In this document: positions 19,417-27,517 of the stretch, one piece after another | How the letters are laid out: the number at the start of each line of letters is the position of its first letter | Numbering within the stretch: position 1 is the stretch's first letter | Origin: a virus | Length of the DNA: 64,000 nucleotides | Strand: one strand, 5' to 3' | Virus record (IMG/VR): IMGVR_UViG_3300032053_000032 | Span: 21,028-85,027 of that record | Program-made: the position numbers and the translations under genes | Notes under the pieces: generated by a model | The model's input: only the letters and a program-made list of their open reading frames with translations | What the model was told of the DNA's origin: nothing | The model's database searches: none

Positions 19417-20001
19417 CTACTCCGGTTCCTTCGGGCAGAACGTATCGAGGAGCCAGCGGCCCACGAGGTCGAGGACACTGTGGGCGATTGGATACTTTTC
19501 GTCACCCGTGAACCCGGACGGCTCGAACTTCATCGCCTTCCACTTCGAGGCGATAGCATAGCACGGCGTTCCATACTGCCAGGCGACGGAGGCAGCCATC
19601 GCAGCGCCATCGAACGCGCCGGAAGCGAGCGACCCGGACTTGCCGACTCTGATGAAGATCTCCCCTGGGCGCCCGTCTTCGTAAAGCCCGATGGTCACGT
19701 AGATCTTGACCACCCCGCTCGGGTTGTCTTCCGACGGGGCAGCTTGAATCCGAAACGCGCGCGTCGGTCCCTTACGCGTGTCGCTCAGGCGCTGGCGCTG
19801 GACCACGCGCGGGGGTGGATCTGCTGGTGCGCCAGCAGGAAGCGTTGAGGTGAACGCGTTGGGATCGTGCGACACCAACTCCTGCTTGAGGTCAAACGCG
19901 ATCTGCTCGCGTGGGGGCAGCACGAGCACGGTAGGTCCGTGACGACCGCTCTTGGATTCGAGAGGCTTCAGCTTTTGTGGCTTCTTGGGTTTGTTGCTCA
20001 C
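19417..20001 (-). CDS. Stand-alone class II ribonucleotide reductase C-terminal (TSCPD/NrdJb-like) domain
   Basis: 'RQRL..RKG.T..F.I', 'YEDGRPGEIFI..GKSGS', 'QYGTP', 'FEPSG.T', 'SVLD'. Confidence 0.8.
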   Translation of the reverse strand: MSNKPKKPQKLKPLESKSGRHGPTVLVLPPREQIAFDLKQELVSHDPNAFTSTLPAGAPADPPPRVVQRQRLSDTRKGPTRAFRIQAAPSEDNPSGVVKIYVTIGLYEDGRPGEIFIRVGKSGSLASGAFDGAAMAASVAWQYGTPCYAIASKWKAMKFEPSGFTGDEKYPIAHSVLDLVGRWLLDTFCPKEPE

Positions 20002-20441
20002 TTGACCTCGATGATGGACCACCCACCGCCGTCCTTCTTGGCGACGCGGGTGACCTGGAAAAATCGGTACGGGTGCAGCTCGGCAGCGACCTTGATCTTG
20101 ACCCGGCCGGTTGGCTCCATGAAGCCCTTTACCTCGTGGAACTCTATCGAGCCATCGAGAAGAAGCACCCTGAAGTCCGGAACGTAGTACGTCATGTCCG
20201 CCAGGCGCAACTTTTCGGGCTCGAAGTCCCAGCGCACGACGTCCGGCGGGCTGCTATCAGACCACGGTGAGATGCGCCGGAGTTCCAGCACACGCGCGTA
20301 CGCGGCCTCCATCGCGTTCATCGCTCCTGGCTTGCGTCCCTTAGCGTGCCAGCGCCCCCTCACGGTCTTCGCCGTGGTCACGACGACTCCGGGCACCGGG
20401 TTGGGCAGGACGACCTTGGCGGGCTTCCTGGCGCGTGCCAT
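19998..20441 (-). CDS. PD-(D/E)XK nuclease (DUF1064-like)
   Basis: 'YVPDFRV..EFHEVKG'. Confidence 0.75.
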   Translation of the reverse strand: MARARKPAKVVLPNPVPGVVVTTAKTVRGRWHAKGRKPGAMNAMEAAYARVLELRRISPWSDSSPPDVVRWDFEPEKLRLADMTYYVPDFRVLLLDGSIEFHEVKGFMEPTGRVKIKVAAELHPYRFFQVTRVAKKDGGGWSIIEVK

Positions 20442-20740
20442 CAGTTTCCGTCGCTGTGATCAATGATATCGTACTTGTTGCAGGTCACGCGCAGGAAGTC
20501 CTGCCACGCTGTGGCGATGTCCGCGGCTAGCTCGCAGTCCGTGAGCAGGTGCTCCGGATCTCGGCAGAACTCGACGTGGTGAAGCATCTCCCCCTGCACC
20601 AAGGCCACCGCGATGAAGCCGTCGTCCATCGAAGAGAACATCCTCTTGATGACCTGGAGGAGCATGCGGATCTTGGGATGCACCGCGTCAGCCTGCGCCA
20701 TGACCTGCTCGACCGCGCTGCGTCTCTGAGCGTCCGTCAT
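20441..20740 (-). CDS. Hypothetical protein
   Basis: GAGGAG RBS; coupled to both neighbours. Confidence 0.55.
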   Translation of the reverse strand: MTDAQRRSAVEQVMAQADAVHPKIRMLLQVIKRMFSSMDDGFIAVALVQGEMLHHVEFCRDPEHLLTDCELAADIATAWQDFLRVTCNKYDIIDHSDGN

Positions 20741-20856
20741 CGTAAGAACTCCTCGATTGAGGGGCTTACCGTCGCTGTGATCACAGCTAGCACCAGCACT
20801 ACCACCACGATGAACAACGTGGCGAGAACTTCATCCCTTCGCGACCTCACGAGCAT
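20737..20856 (-). CDS. 39-aa single-TM peptide (MLVRSRRDEVLATLFIVVVVLVLAVITATVSPSIEEFLR)
   Basis: GGAGG RBS; ATGA overlap with the next gene; below the ORF-track cutoff. Confidence 0.5.
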   Translation of the reverse strand: MLVRSRRDEVLATLFIVVVVLVLAVITATVSPSIEEFLR

Positions 20857-20888
20857 ACCTCCTGGCTTGGGCGACGCAGGAGATGTTG

Positions 20889-21044
20889 CTACGTGTCGTT
20901 GGGCAACTCAAGTGCGTGAGCAAGTTTGTGCAGAGCGTGGAGCGCGCGCTCCACGAAGGATGCGTTCCTTCGCTTTTCATGCGCCTTTTGCCAGTCCGAG
21001 GTACGCTTCTTGCGCGCTTTGGCGCGCTTCGACCACTTGCTCAT
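20889..21044 (-). CDS. Small basic protein
   Basis: ATGA overlap with the VWA gene stop. Confidence 0.4.
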   Translation of the reverse strand: MSKWSKRAKARKKRTSDWQKAHEKRRNASFVERALHALHKLAHALELPNDT

Positions 21045-22417
21045 CCGTCGTTCGTCTCGTCGATGGAGATAAACTTTCCCCACTCGCACGGGTGCTGCTG
21101 ATACGGGCCGACCAAGAGCCAGATGACGGAGGCCCACGGCGGTGGCTCGGCGGGTGCTGGACCCTGCCCATCGGTCACGATGATGATCACGTCTGGCCGC
21201 GGATTCTCGGTATCATCGGGCGGCAACCCAGCCAGGTACTCGAAGACGGGGCAGAAGTCCGTCCCGCCACCACCCTTGAGCTGCGCGGCAGCTTCCTGCC
21301 AGGAAGCCGCGCGTACCGCGGTGTGAACCGTGGCGTCGCAGGTCAGGAATGCCACGGACGCGTTCAGCACGGCGAGCACCCCCGACGCTTCCGCCATCGC
21401 GCGGTTCAGCTCGGCAACGCCCATCGACCCAGACGTGTCGACCACGAACGCAACGTTCGGCACGAACTCGTAGAAGCCGGCGAGGCGAGGCTTCCCTGGT
21501 CCGAAACCGAGCCCTGCCTGGCGCACCGACGTGCGCCGGTAGGTGTAGTCCACCACCCCTGCACGCTGCACGAGCCCGCGGATCGAGTGAGCCAGCTCCT
21601 GCTCCCAGGAGATCTTGGGTGGCTTCAACTCAGCGTCCGCCCACCGCTGAAGTCCTGCCGGAACGTCTCCGCGACCCTTGCTGGCTTCCTCGCGGATCGC
21701 TTCGGCTGTCTCGCGGCGGATCCGGCGGATCTCGGGTTCTGACTTCCCTACCTGACGGCCAGTCGAGTCCTTGGCGTCCTCATCCGGCTCGCCAGGCACC
21801 GCCTGCCCACCGCCGGACCCGCACCACCCGGTTCCCGCGCCGGGCTTGGCGCCCATCTCAGCGGCCTTCTCACCAGCCTTCTGAGCTTCCCCCTTTTCCC
21901 GCCCAGAGCCATTCCCAGACTGGTCTGGAGTTGACCCCCTGCCGAGCGCGGCCAGGCGGTTGTAGTAGTCCTCCGCGATGGATCCGGGCTTGAAGCCGAG
22001 CGTCTGAGGGAGCACCGGCGGGCTGGCCTTGGGCGCGCGGAACTCGCGGTCCTTGGCGTCTGGACCGTAATCGCCGGGCTGCTCGGGCTTGATGAGCACC
22101 AGGTCGTCGTTGATCTCCATGTCGTGCGCGATGTTCCAGAGGCGGTGTTCCCCGGCGTGCTTCTCGCAGCGGGTGAACGACTCGCGGAGCGGATGCATGA
22201 CCTCGTGGCAGAGAACCCAGGCGATCTCGCCCACGGTCCACCTCTCGATGGCCACCGGATCGTAGAGCGCGACCATTCGCGGCGTGATCCCGATGGTGCC
22301 CAGTTCCGGCTGCTCCCGGAACACCATCGAGTTGAGCGCGCGCCGGAAGTAGGGCAGCTTCTGCTTGGCGATGTGCCGGCCGGCCATCAGCTTCGCACGC
22401 GGGGTGAGGGTGGGCAT
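21041..22417 (-). CDS. Metallopeptidase-like plus VWA domain protein (DUF2201 family)
   Basis: HEVMH; MIDAS 'DTSGSM', 'GGGTDF', 'VTDG'. Confidence 0.9.
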   Translation of the reverse strand: MPTLTPRAKLMAGRHIAKQKLPYFRRALNSMVFREQPELGTIGITPRMVALYDPVAIERWTVGEIAWVLCHEVMHPLRESFTRCEKHAGEHRLWNIAHDMEINDDLVLIKPEQPGDYGPDAKDREFRAPKASPPVLPQTLGFKPGSIAEDYYNRLAALGRGSTPDQSGNGSGREKGEAQKAGEKAAEMGAKPGAGTGWCGSGGGQAVPGEPDEDAKDSTGRQVGKSEPEIRRIRRETAEAIREEASKGRGDVPAGLQRWADAELKPPKISWEQELAHSIRGLVQRAGVVDYTYRRTSVRQAGLGFGPGKPRLAGFYEFVPNVAFVVDTSGSMGVAELNRAMAEASGVLAVLNASVAFLTCDATVHTAVRAASWQEAAAQLKGGGGTDFCPVFEYLAGLPPDDTENPRPDVIIIVTDGQGPAPAEPPPWASVIWLLVGPYQQHPCEWGKFISIDETNDG

Positions 22418-22421
22418 CGGG

Positions 22422-22568
22422 CTACTCCTTGCCGTACACGACGGCGGCCTTGAATGCGTAGAAGAACTCGGTATCGGTCCCTTCGGTCACCTCGGCGCGT
22501 ACCTGCTCGATGGTGAAACCGTAGGCGAGAAGGTTAGCGATCCGGCGGATGGTCGAGTTCGTTTCCAT
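22422..22568 (-). CDS. 48-aa cassette protein (METNS...)
   Basis: ATG 7 nt downstream of the repeated promoter -10. Confidence 0.6.
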   Translation of the reverse strand: METNSTIRRIANLLAYGFTIEQVRAEVTEGTDTEFFYAFKAAVVYGKE

Positions 22569-22616
22569 GAGAAGCAGTATGCTCGCTTTCCGCGTTGTAT
22601 GCAACAACTATTTTGC
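22569..22616 (-). promoter_or_regulatory. Repeated sigma70-type leaderless promoter, copy 1
   Basis: TTGCAT-17 nt-CATACT-7 nt-ATG. Confidence 0.75.
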
Positions 22617-22628
22617 GGAAAGCGACGA

Positions 22629-23849
22629 TTAGCGACGTGACCGAGGCTGGAGGCCGGTCGCCTTGACGAACGGCTGCATCTTGGCGAGCACCGGCCGGGC
22701 TTCCGGGATTTGCGACAGCTCGCTATCGATGAGCGTTCCCATCGGGCGGATGCAGAGGTCAGCCATCTCGCCGACCACCTCCCCGAGGATGCCCCAGAGG
22801 ACCGTCGCGCGCGCCTTCCGCTTGTCGAGCTTCCGGTCTTCGAGGATGGTGGCGCACGCGTTGAGCGTGACCTCGGTGCGGTCGATGCGGTCCGGGTCGT
22901 GCGACCACTTCGTCACGCGGTCCATGACGTCGAGCGGGTTCGGCAGGTCGACCTTTTCGCGGTACTCGAACAGCTCCGAAGCTGCGCCGGCCCCCACAAA
23001 CGACGCAACGAACTCCTCCGCATCGCCGACTTCGAGCCCGTTCACCTCACCGGAGGACAGCGCGCGGGCTGCATTCTCCCAGGAGCGCGGAGAGCACCAC
23101 GCGCGGCCGGCCTTCCCGTCTCCGAGCTTGGGCACCTTCAGGAGCGCGTCGGGCACGGCCTTGATGTAGCCGGCGACCACCGCGCGCGCCTTCGCCCACG
23201 GGCTGCCCCAGTTCTCCATCACCCGAGCTTCTTCAGAAGCTGCCGATCCAAGCACGACTTCGGTGTGACGGTCGGCACCGGACCCGAGGAGCCAGGACGT
23301 CCACTCGCCGACGTCCGGCCGGTTGTCCTGAAGCCAGGGCAGGTGCCCCATGCGGTTCGCGACCGGGGCAGGCAGCTCGCTTCCACCCGCGGACAGCTCC
23401 GGCGGGTTGGCTGCTCCGAAGATGCGGACGCGCCGCCCGAGGAAGTGCGCGCCGATCCGCTTCTCGTGGATGAGCCCCATCAGCGCGGGACGAAGCGCAG
23501 CGGGCGCCGTGTTCGTCTCGTCCACGAAGACGATGCCCACCGGAACTCCCTGGGCATCAAGCAGGTTGTCGGTCCACTCCGGGGGTGGGTAGGTGAGGAT
23601 CATGCGGTCCACGATCTTGCCGTCCGGGTACTTGAACGGGCGGATCTCGGGCACCGGCGTCACGCCGAATGCGCCCTCCTGGCGCTCACCTGGCGACAGC
23701 ACCTCGACGTACAGCCCAGTCTCCCGGCCGAGCTGGAGGATCGCTTCGGTCTTCCCGACACCGGGAACGTCCCAGAGCAGCATGGGAAGGCCCCAGCCGC
23801 GGCTGGTGGGCGTGAAGAGTGCGGCGCGGAGAATATCGAGGCGGCTCAT
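22629..23849 (-). CDS. MoxR-like AAA+ ATPase (partner of DUF2201-VWA)
   Basis: Walker A 'PGVGKT', Walker B 'VFVDE', 'GAANPP', 'NRM.H', 'SPRSW'; AGGAG RBS before ATG 23849. Confidence 0.9.
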   Translation of the reverse strand: MSRLDILRAALFTPTSRGWGLPMLLWDVPGVGKTEAILQLGRETGLYVEVLSPGERQEGAFGVTPVPEIRPFKYPDGKIVDRMILTYPPPEWTDNLLDAQGVPVGIVFVDETNTAPAALRPALMGLIHEKRIGAHFLGRRVRIFGAANPPELSAGGSELPAPVANRMGHLPWLQDNRPDVGEWTSWLLGSGADRHTEVVLGSAASEEARVMENWGSPWAKARAVVAGYIKAVPDALLKVPKLGDGKAGRAWCSPRSWENAARALSSGEVNGLEVGDAEEFVASFVGAGAASELFEYREKVDLPNPLDVMDRVTKWSHDPDRIDRTEVTLNACATILEDRKLDKRKARATVLWGILGEVVGEMADLCIRPMGTLIDSELSQIPEARPVLAKMQPFVKATGLQPRSRR

Positions 23850-23887
23850 GTAATTGGCTCCTGGTAGAGGTCTTGGGCAAAGCGTCC

Positions 23888-24001
23888 CGCTCGTGCCCGG
23901 CGCAACGTGGTCCTGGTGTTCTGGAAGGCTTTTGTATCGCCTTGCCGAACCTGGGCCTCCGTTACGGGCCGAGGTGGGAGCCGTTGCGCCGGGCACGAGC
24001 G
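23888..24001. repeat. Perfect 20-bp inverted repeat in the AAA gene leader
   Basis: CGCTCGTGCCCGGCGCAACG at 23888-23907; reverse complement at 23982-24001. Confidence 0.9.
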
Positions 24002-24021
24002 AGGCGTTCCGCGCCAGTCTG

Positions 24022-24216
24022 TTACTCCTCGTCGATGCAGGCGAGGCAGGTCGCTCGGTGAGCGCGGACGGTGTCCGCGACGCACGCGGGGCACATCGGC
24101 GCTTCGCACCGGGGGCAGTACATGCCGCCGGAGTCATCTCCGCAGCCCGTGCAGATCTCCGGGTTGGTGTTTTCGTCAGTGCGGTCGTACTCCATCGCGT
24201 TCGTCTGATTGCTCAT
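24022..24216 (-). CDS. 64-aa Cys-rich zinc-finger cassette protein
   Basis: Four CxxC; leaderless start after promoter copy 2. Confidence 0.65.
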   Translation of the reverse strand: MSNQTNAMEYDRTDENTNPEICTGCGDDSGGMYCPRCEAPMCPACVADTVRAHRATCLACIDEE

Positions 24217-24264
24217 GTTTCTTACTATGCTCGCTTTCCTCGGTTTGTGCAAGAACTATTTTGC
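24217..24264 (-). promoter_or_regulatory. Repeated leaderless promoter, copy 2
   Basis: TTGCAC-17 nt-CATAGT-7 nt-ATG. Confidence 0.75.
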
Positions 24265-24297
24265 AGCTCAGCGTTTTATTTCAAGTGCCGTCGGTGA

Positions 24298-24537
24298 CTA
24301 CTCGTGGCTGGTGTCGCCGTCGTCCTTGTGGTGCTCGCAGCTCGCGCACCAGACGATGCCCTCCAAGGTCCGCTTGAGGGACAGGCTGACGCACTCGGGG
24401 CACAGCACGTGCCCACACCCGACGCAAACCTTCGCTCCAGGCGTGAGCACGTAGCCGAGATCTTCCACGAACTCGACCACGGAAGTCCCGCAGGACTCGT
24501 CGAGCGGTGCGCCAGGGCAGTTGGAGTTCGAGGCCAC
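24298..24537 (-). CDS. Small Cys-rich zinc-finger protein
   Basis: Multiple CxxC. Confidence 0.5.
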   Translation of the reverse strand: MASNSNCPGAPLDESCGTSVVEFVEDLGYVLTPGAKVCVGCGHVLCPECVSLSLKRTLEGIVWCASCEHHKDDGDTSHE

Positions 24538-24574
24538 TAGTACTCGCCCTTGGCATCAAAGTGCGCGTCATCAC

Positions 24575-24781
24575 TCACTTCTTCTCCGTTAGCGTGATCG
24601 TCAGATTGTGTGCAGTGTCCTTGGACAAGACATCAATTGCCCATGAAGTCGTCAGGGACTTATCTGCAATCGAAGGGTGATGTGCTCTGACCCAAGCGTG
24701 GATGGCTTCAACAATCTCACTCGAATCGAGTATGACCTTCACAGGCAACTCCTCTGGCATTTCCCGATACGGGTTTGTCAT
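24575..24781 (-). CDS. Hypothetical protein with lower GC than its neighbours
   Basis: GAGG RBS; AT-richer codons. Confidence 0.55.
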   Translation of the reverse strand: MTNPYREMPEELPVKVILDSSEIVEAIHAWVRAHHPSIADKSLTTSWAIDVLSKDTAHNLTITLTEKK

Positions 24782-24793
24782 AAATACCTCACA

Positions 24794-24939
24794 GGCGGCT
24801 CGTCGTGAGAATCGAACTCACGTAATTCCCAGAGTCTGATGTCCAACGGAGTTCGCCGTGCGTCGCGATCTCGTTAGCTACCTTCCTTAACCAGTTCGGC
24901 ATACTGCAAGCGTGGGAGGTGCCGTAACAACTAGGTTAA
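24794..24939 (-). ncRNA. tRNA-like structured RNA 1 (non-canonical)
   Basis: CCGAACTGGTTAAGG D-loop-like segment; T-arm CGTGAG-TTCGATT-CTCACG; 3' ACGAGCCGCC. Confidence 0.45.
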
Positions 24940-25619
24940 ACGCCGCGCTTTTTCAGCACACCGACGTGTTTAGCCACGCCGGCAGCACCCGAGATCGCGA
25001 ACAGCACCTCCATGTCCGCCTCCAGATCTGCCAGTCGCTGGCCGCCCGCGTCGAAGACGGCCTGGATCCGGTTCAAAGTCTCGCGCCGAACGACCACAGC
25101 CAGCGTCATGTCCGACGCGATCTGCACCGCCCAGCGAGGCGCGTAGGTGCCGGCCGGGCGGACGTACACCTCCATCTGCCGCGGCCCATGGATCGCTGCT
25201 TGGCGCTGTTTCCGAAGCGGCGGGTAGACGACGCCCGCCATCCCGTGGCCGTCGATCTGAACATAGCGCCGAACCTCGTAGCTAGTCTCGATCCGGTCGA
25301 CGTTGCTTCGCTGGATCGAAGCCGTCCCGTTACCCGCTGACACGAGTCCAGCCACGGCCATCTCCTTGCGCACCCGTTCCTGCCCAGACTTCATCTGCCG
25401 ACGCTGGCAGTGGCCCTCGACGACGTCTGACCCCTGGTGGCGGTAGAGATCCCGCGTTGCGCCACCGCACCATGGGCACTTCACCACGCCTTCCAAGCGG
25501 GATCTCTCGGCTTTAGCCGCGCGAGCGACCGCGACGCGCTCGACCATCGCGTCTCGCTTCTGGAGCAAGTTGTCGATGGACACCGACGGGACCAGCGACT
25601 CGTTCACGGGAGTAGTCAT
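24936..25619 (-). CDS. Hypothetical protein
   Basis: ATG 25619 overlaps the GGCT stop (TGATG). Confidence 0.5.
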   Translation of the reverse strand: MTTPVNESLVPSVSIDNLLQKRDAMVERVAVARAAKAERSRLEGVVKCPWCGGATRDLYRHQGSDVVEGHCQRRQMKSGQERVRKEMAVAGLVSAGNGTASIQRSNVDRIETSYEVRRYVQIDGHGMAGVVYPPLRKQRQAAIHGPRQMEVYVRPAGTYAPRWAVQIASDMTLAVVVRRETLNRIQAVFDAGGQRLADLEADMEVLFAISGAAGVAKHVGVLKKRGV

Positions 25620-26245
25620 CAGCGGGCCTTCCTGCGCGCTTTCGTGATCATGAGATCGGACGGCACGCTGCGCACGGGGTTGAGGTAGTTCGTCTCGCGC
25701 GCCAGCGCCTCGCCGCGGTGGCCTGCCCAGGTGTCCGCCCACGAGGCCAGCATCGAGGCGCGGGTGGCGGCTGCTTGCTTGTCGGCGTGCATCTGGCGCG
25801 CGGCCGACTGGCGGATCGCATCGTCGAGAGGAGCAAGCGCCCACCCCATCGCGAGGTAAGCGCGGGCGATCTGTCGAAGGTAGCCGTTCGTCGGCGCGCC
25901 GTAGGCGAAGGGCGTCACCTGCCGGTAGACGTGCGCCTTGACGGCCTTCCCGCTCGGAACGAACACCGGGAACACGTCACGTGCGTACGTCCACGGCGCA
26001 CCTTCGTAGCCGTCTAGCTTGGCAAGGTCTGCGCTGCTGACTTCCCACACGAGCCCGCGCACGACGTCGTTGCGGCTGGCTGCCTCCACCGTGGCAACCG
26101 TCGAGCCCCAGCTGCGCGAGTAGCCGGCGAACAGAAGCCGCTGCCCGCGCAGCTCGGCTGGAGCCACGAGGTCGGAGGATGGGCAGCGGTGCGCCATCTG
26201 CGCTGCGTCCATGTTCGACCCGAACGCGAAGACGAGCTGGCTCAC
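25619..26245 (-). CDS. Gamma-glutamylcyclotransferase (AIG2-like/ChaC-like)
   Basis: 'FAFGSNM..QMAHRCP', 'VRGLVW', 'LDGYEG'. Confidence 0.9.
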   Translation of the reverse strand: MSQLVFAFGSNMDAAQMAHRCPSSDLVAPAELRGQRLLFAGYSRSWGSTVATVEAASRNDVVRGLVWEVSSADLAKLDGYEGAPWTYARDVFPVFVPSGKAVKAHVYRQVTPFAYGAPTNGYLRQIARAYLAMGWALAPLDDAIRQSAARQMHADKQAAATRASMLASWADTWAGHRGEALARETNYLNPVRSVPSDLMITKARRKAR

Positions 26246-26433
26246 GTGCTACCTCCTGCGAACGCGGATGGGATCCCGCTGGCCACCCGATCGCGATCAA
26301 GCTCGATTAGGCGCACCAGGTCGAGCTGTTCGACGAACACCCAACGATAGCCGCGGCCGGCCGCGTCCTTGTCGAGCGACTTCAGGAACGCCCATGTGAG
26401 CGGGTAGAAGTGCATGATCTTCATGTTGCTCAT
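26242..26433 (-). CDS. Hypothetical protein
   Basis: 4-bp overlaps with both neighbours. Confidence 0.45.
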   Translation of the reverse strand: MSNMKIMHFYPLTWAFLKSLDKDAAGRGYRWVFVEQLDLVRLIELDRDRVASGIPSAFAGGST

Positions 26434-26717
26434 CGACCCACCCGACGGATCGGCCGAGCGTTGAGCTGCGCAACGATGAACTGCGCGAGCGCGACCCACT
26501 CGCCAGGGGTAGGTGCCCAGAGGCGCTGCCCTTCGTTGCCGCAGCAGCCATCGGCGCAGCGGTCATCGAAGATGTTGACCAGCACGTCGACTTCGACGCG
26601 GAACGCCTTGGCCGTCATCAGCGACGCCTTCTGAGCCGCAGTCCACTGGATGCGGAGGACGTTGGCAGGCTGAAGGCTGAGGACTCGGCCGGCCGCTTGA
26701 ATTTGCGTTTTGCTCAT
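26430..26717 (-). CDS. 95-aa cassette protein (MSKTQ...)
   Basis: Leaderless start after promoter copy 3. Confidence 0.6.
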   Translation of the reverse strand: MSKTQIQAAGRVLSLQPANVLRIQWTAAQKASLMTAKAFRVEVDVLVNIFDDRCADGCCGNEGQRLWAPTPGEWVALAQFIVAQLNARPIRRVGR

Positions 26718-26775
26718 GTTTCTTACTATGGGCGCTTTCCGCGTTGTATGCAAGGGGCAAAATGCGATTTCTTCG
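26718..26775 (-). promoter_or_regulatory. Repeated leaderless promoter, copy 3
   Basis: TTGCAT-17 nt-CATAGT-7 nt-ATG. Confidence 0.75.
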
Positions 26776-26808
26776 GAAATCGTACAAGCTACCGTAACTG
26801 CTAGCGTG

Positions 26809-27093
26809 CTAGGCGACCTCTTCCACGAGCTTCGCGCTGATCAACGAAGCGATGATGCGCTGACAGAGCACGTCCATCGCGGTCACGGCTCCCACCTTGC
26901 CGGCCGGTGTCTCGTCGGTGCGCTCCGACGACACGTCGATCAGAAGCCCGGTCTGCTGCATCACCCGATGAAGCAACGTGACGACATACTCGCCCAGCGT
27001 CTCACCAGGTGAGAAGTCCATCGCGCGCAGCGACTCGATGATCTGGCGCGCAGTCCCCTGGTGCAGTCGTCCGTCCGGCATCTTGATCCGCAT
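26809..27093 (-). CDS. Hypothetical protein in the amidoligase operon
   Basis: GGAGG RBS before ATG 27093. Confidence 0.55.
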   Translation of the reverse strand: MRIKMPDGRLHQGTARQIIESLRAMDFSPGETLGEYVVTLLHRVMQQTGLLIDVSSERTDETPAGKVGAVTAMDVLCQRIIASLISAKLVEEVA

Positions 27094-27095
27094 GG

Positions 27096-27494
27096 CTAGT
27101 CCTCCCTGGTGTAGTCGATCGCGTTGTAGTGACTGGCGACGCCGTCGAGCCAGTCTCCCGTCGGAATCTCGATGTTGCTCCACTTCCGATCGTGGCTCAT
27201 CACGTACCCGAGGACGGTGGAGCCGTCCAGCAGGTGAATCAACTGACGGTGGTACAGGCTAGGAGCACCTTCCAGGCGATCGAGGCGCGCCAGGGTCTTG
27301 TCGTCCACCTGGTAGACTTCCCCGACGATGGGCACCCCGCGCCACGTCCAGGTGATGCAAGGGTACCCACCGAGGTGCCACATCTGCCAGGTGGGCTCCG
27401 TGCGCGCGTGACGCAAGAAGGTAGCGCCGGCCAGGTGGTAGTGGTTTCCCTGACCAGAGCGGAGCGTGCCGTACACAAAGACTTCGGTGAGCAT
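27096..27494 (-). CDS. Gamma-glutamylcyclotransferase (AIG2-like/YtfP-like)
   Basis: 'VFVYGTLR.G..NH', 'GEVY.VD', 'LDRLEG..Y.R'. Confidence 0.9.
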   Translation of the reverse strand: MLTEVFVYGTLRSGQGNHYHLAGATFLRHARTEPTWQMWHLGGYPCITWTWRGVPIVGEVYQVDDKTLARLDRLEGAPSLYHRQLIHLLDGSTVLGYVMSHDRKWSNIEIPTGDWLDGVASHYNAIDYTRED

Positions 27495-27517
27495 CGCGAT
27501 CTCCTGTCTTGGGCGGG

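Noticed and set aside
24794-24912. Canonical tRNA gene call (also considered for 44606-44683)
   Set aside because: No proper anticodon arm, weak or irregular acceptor geometry and no CCA; kept only as tRNA-like elements
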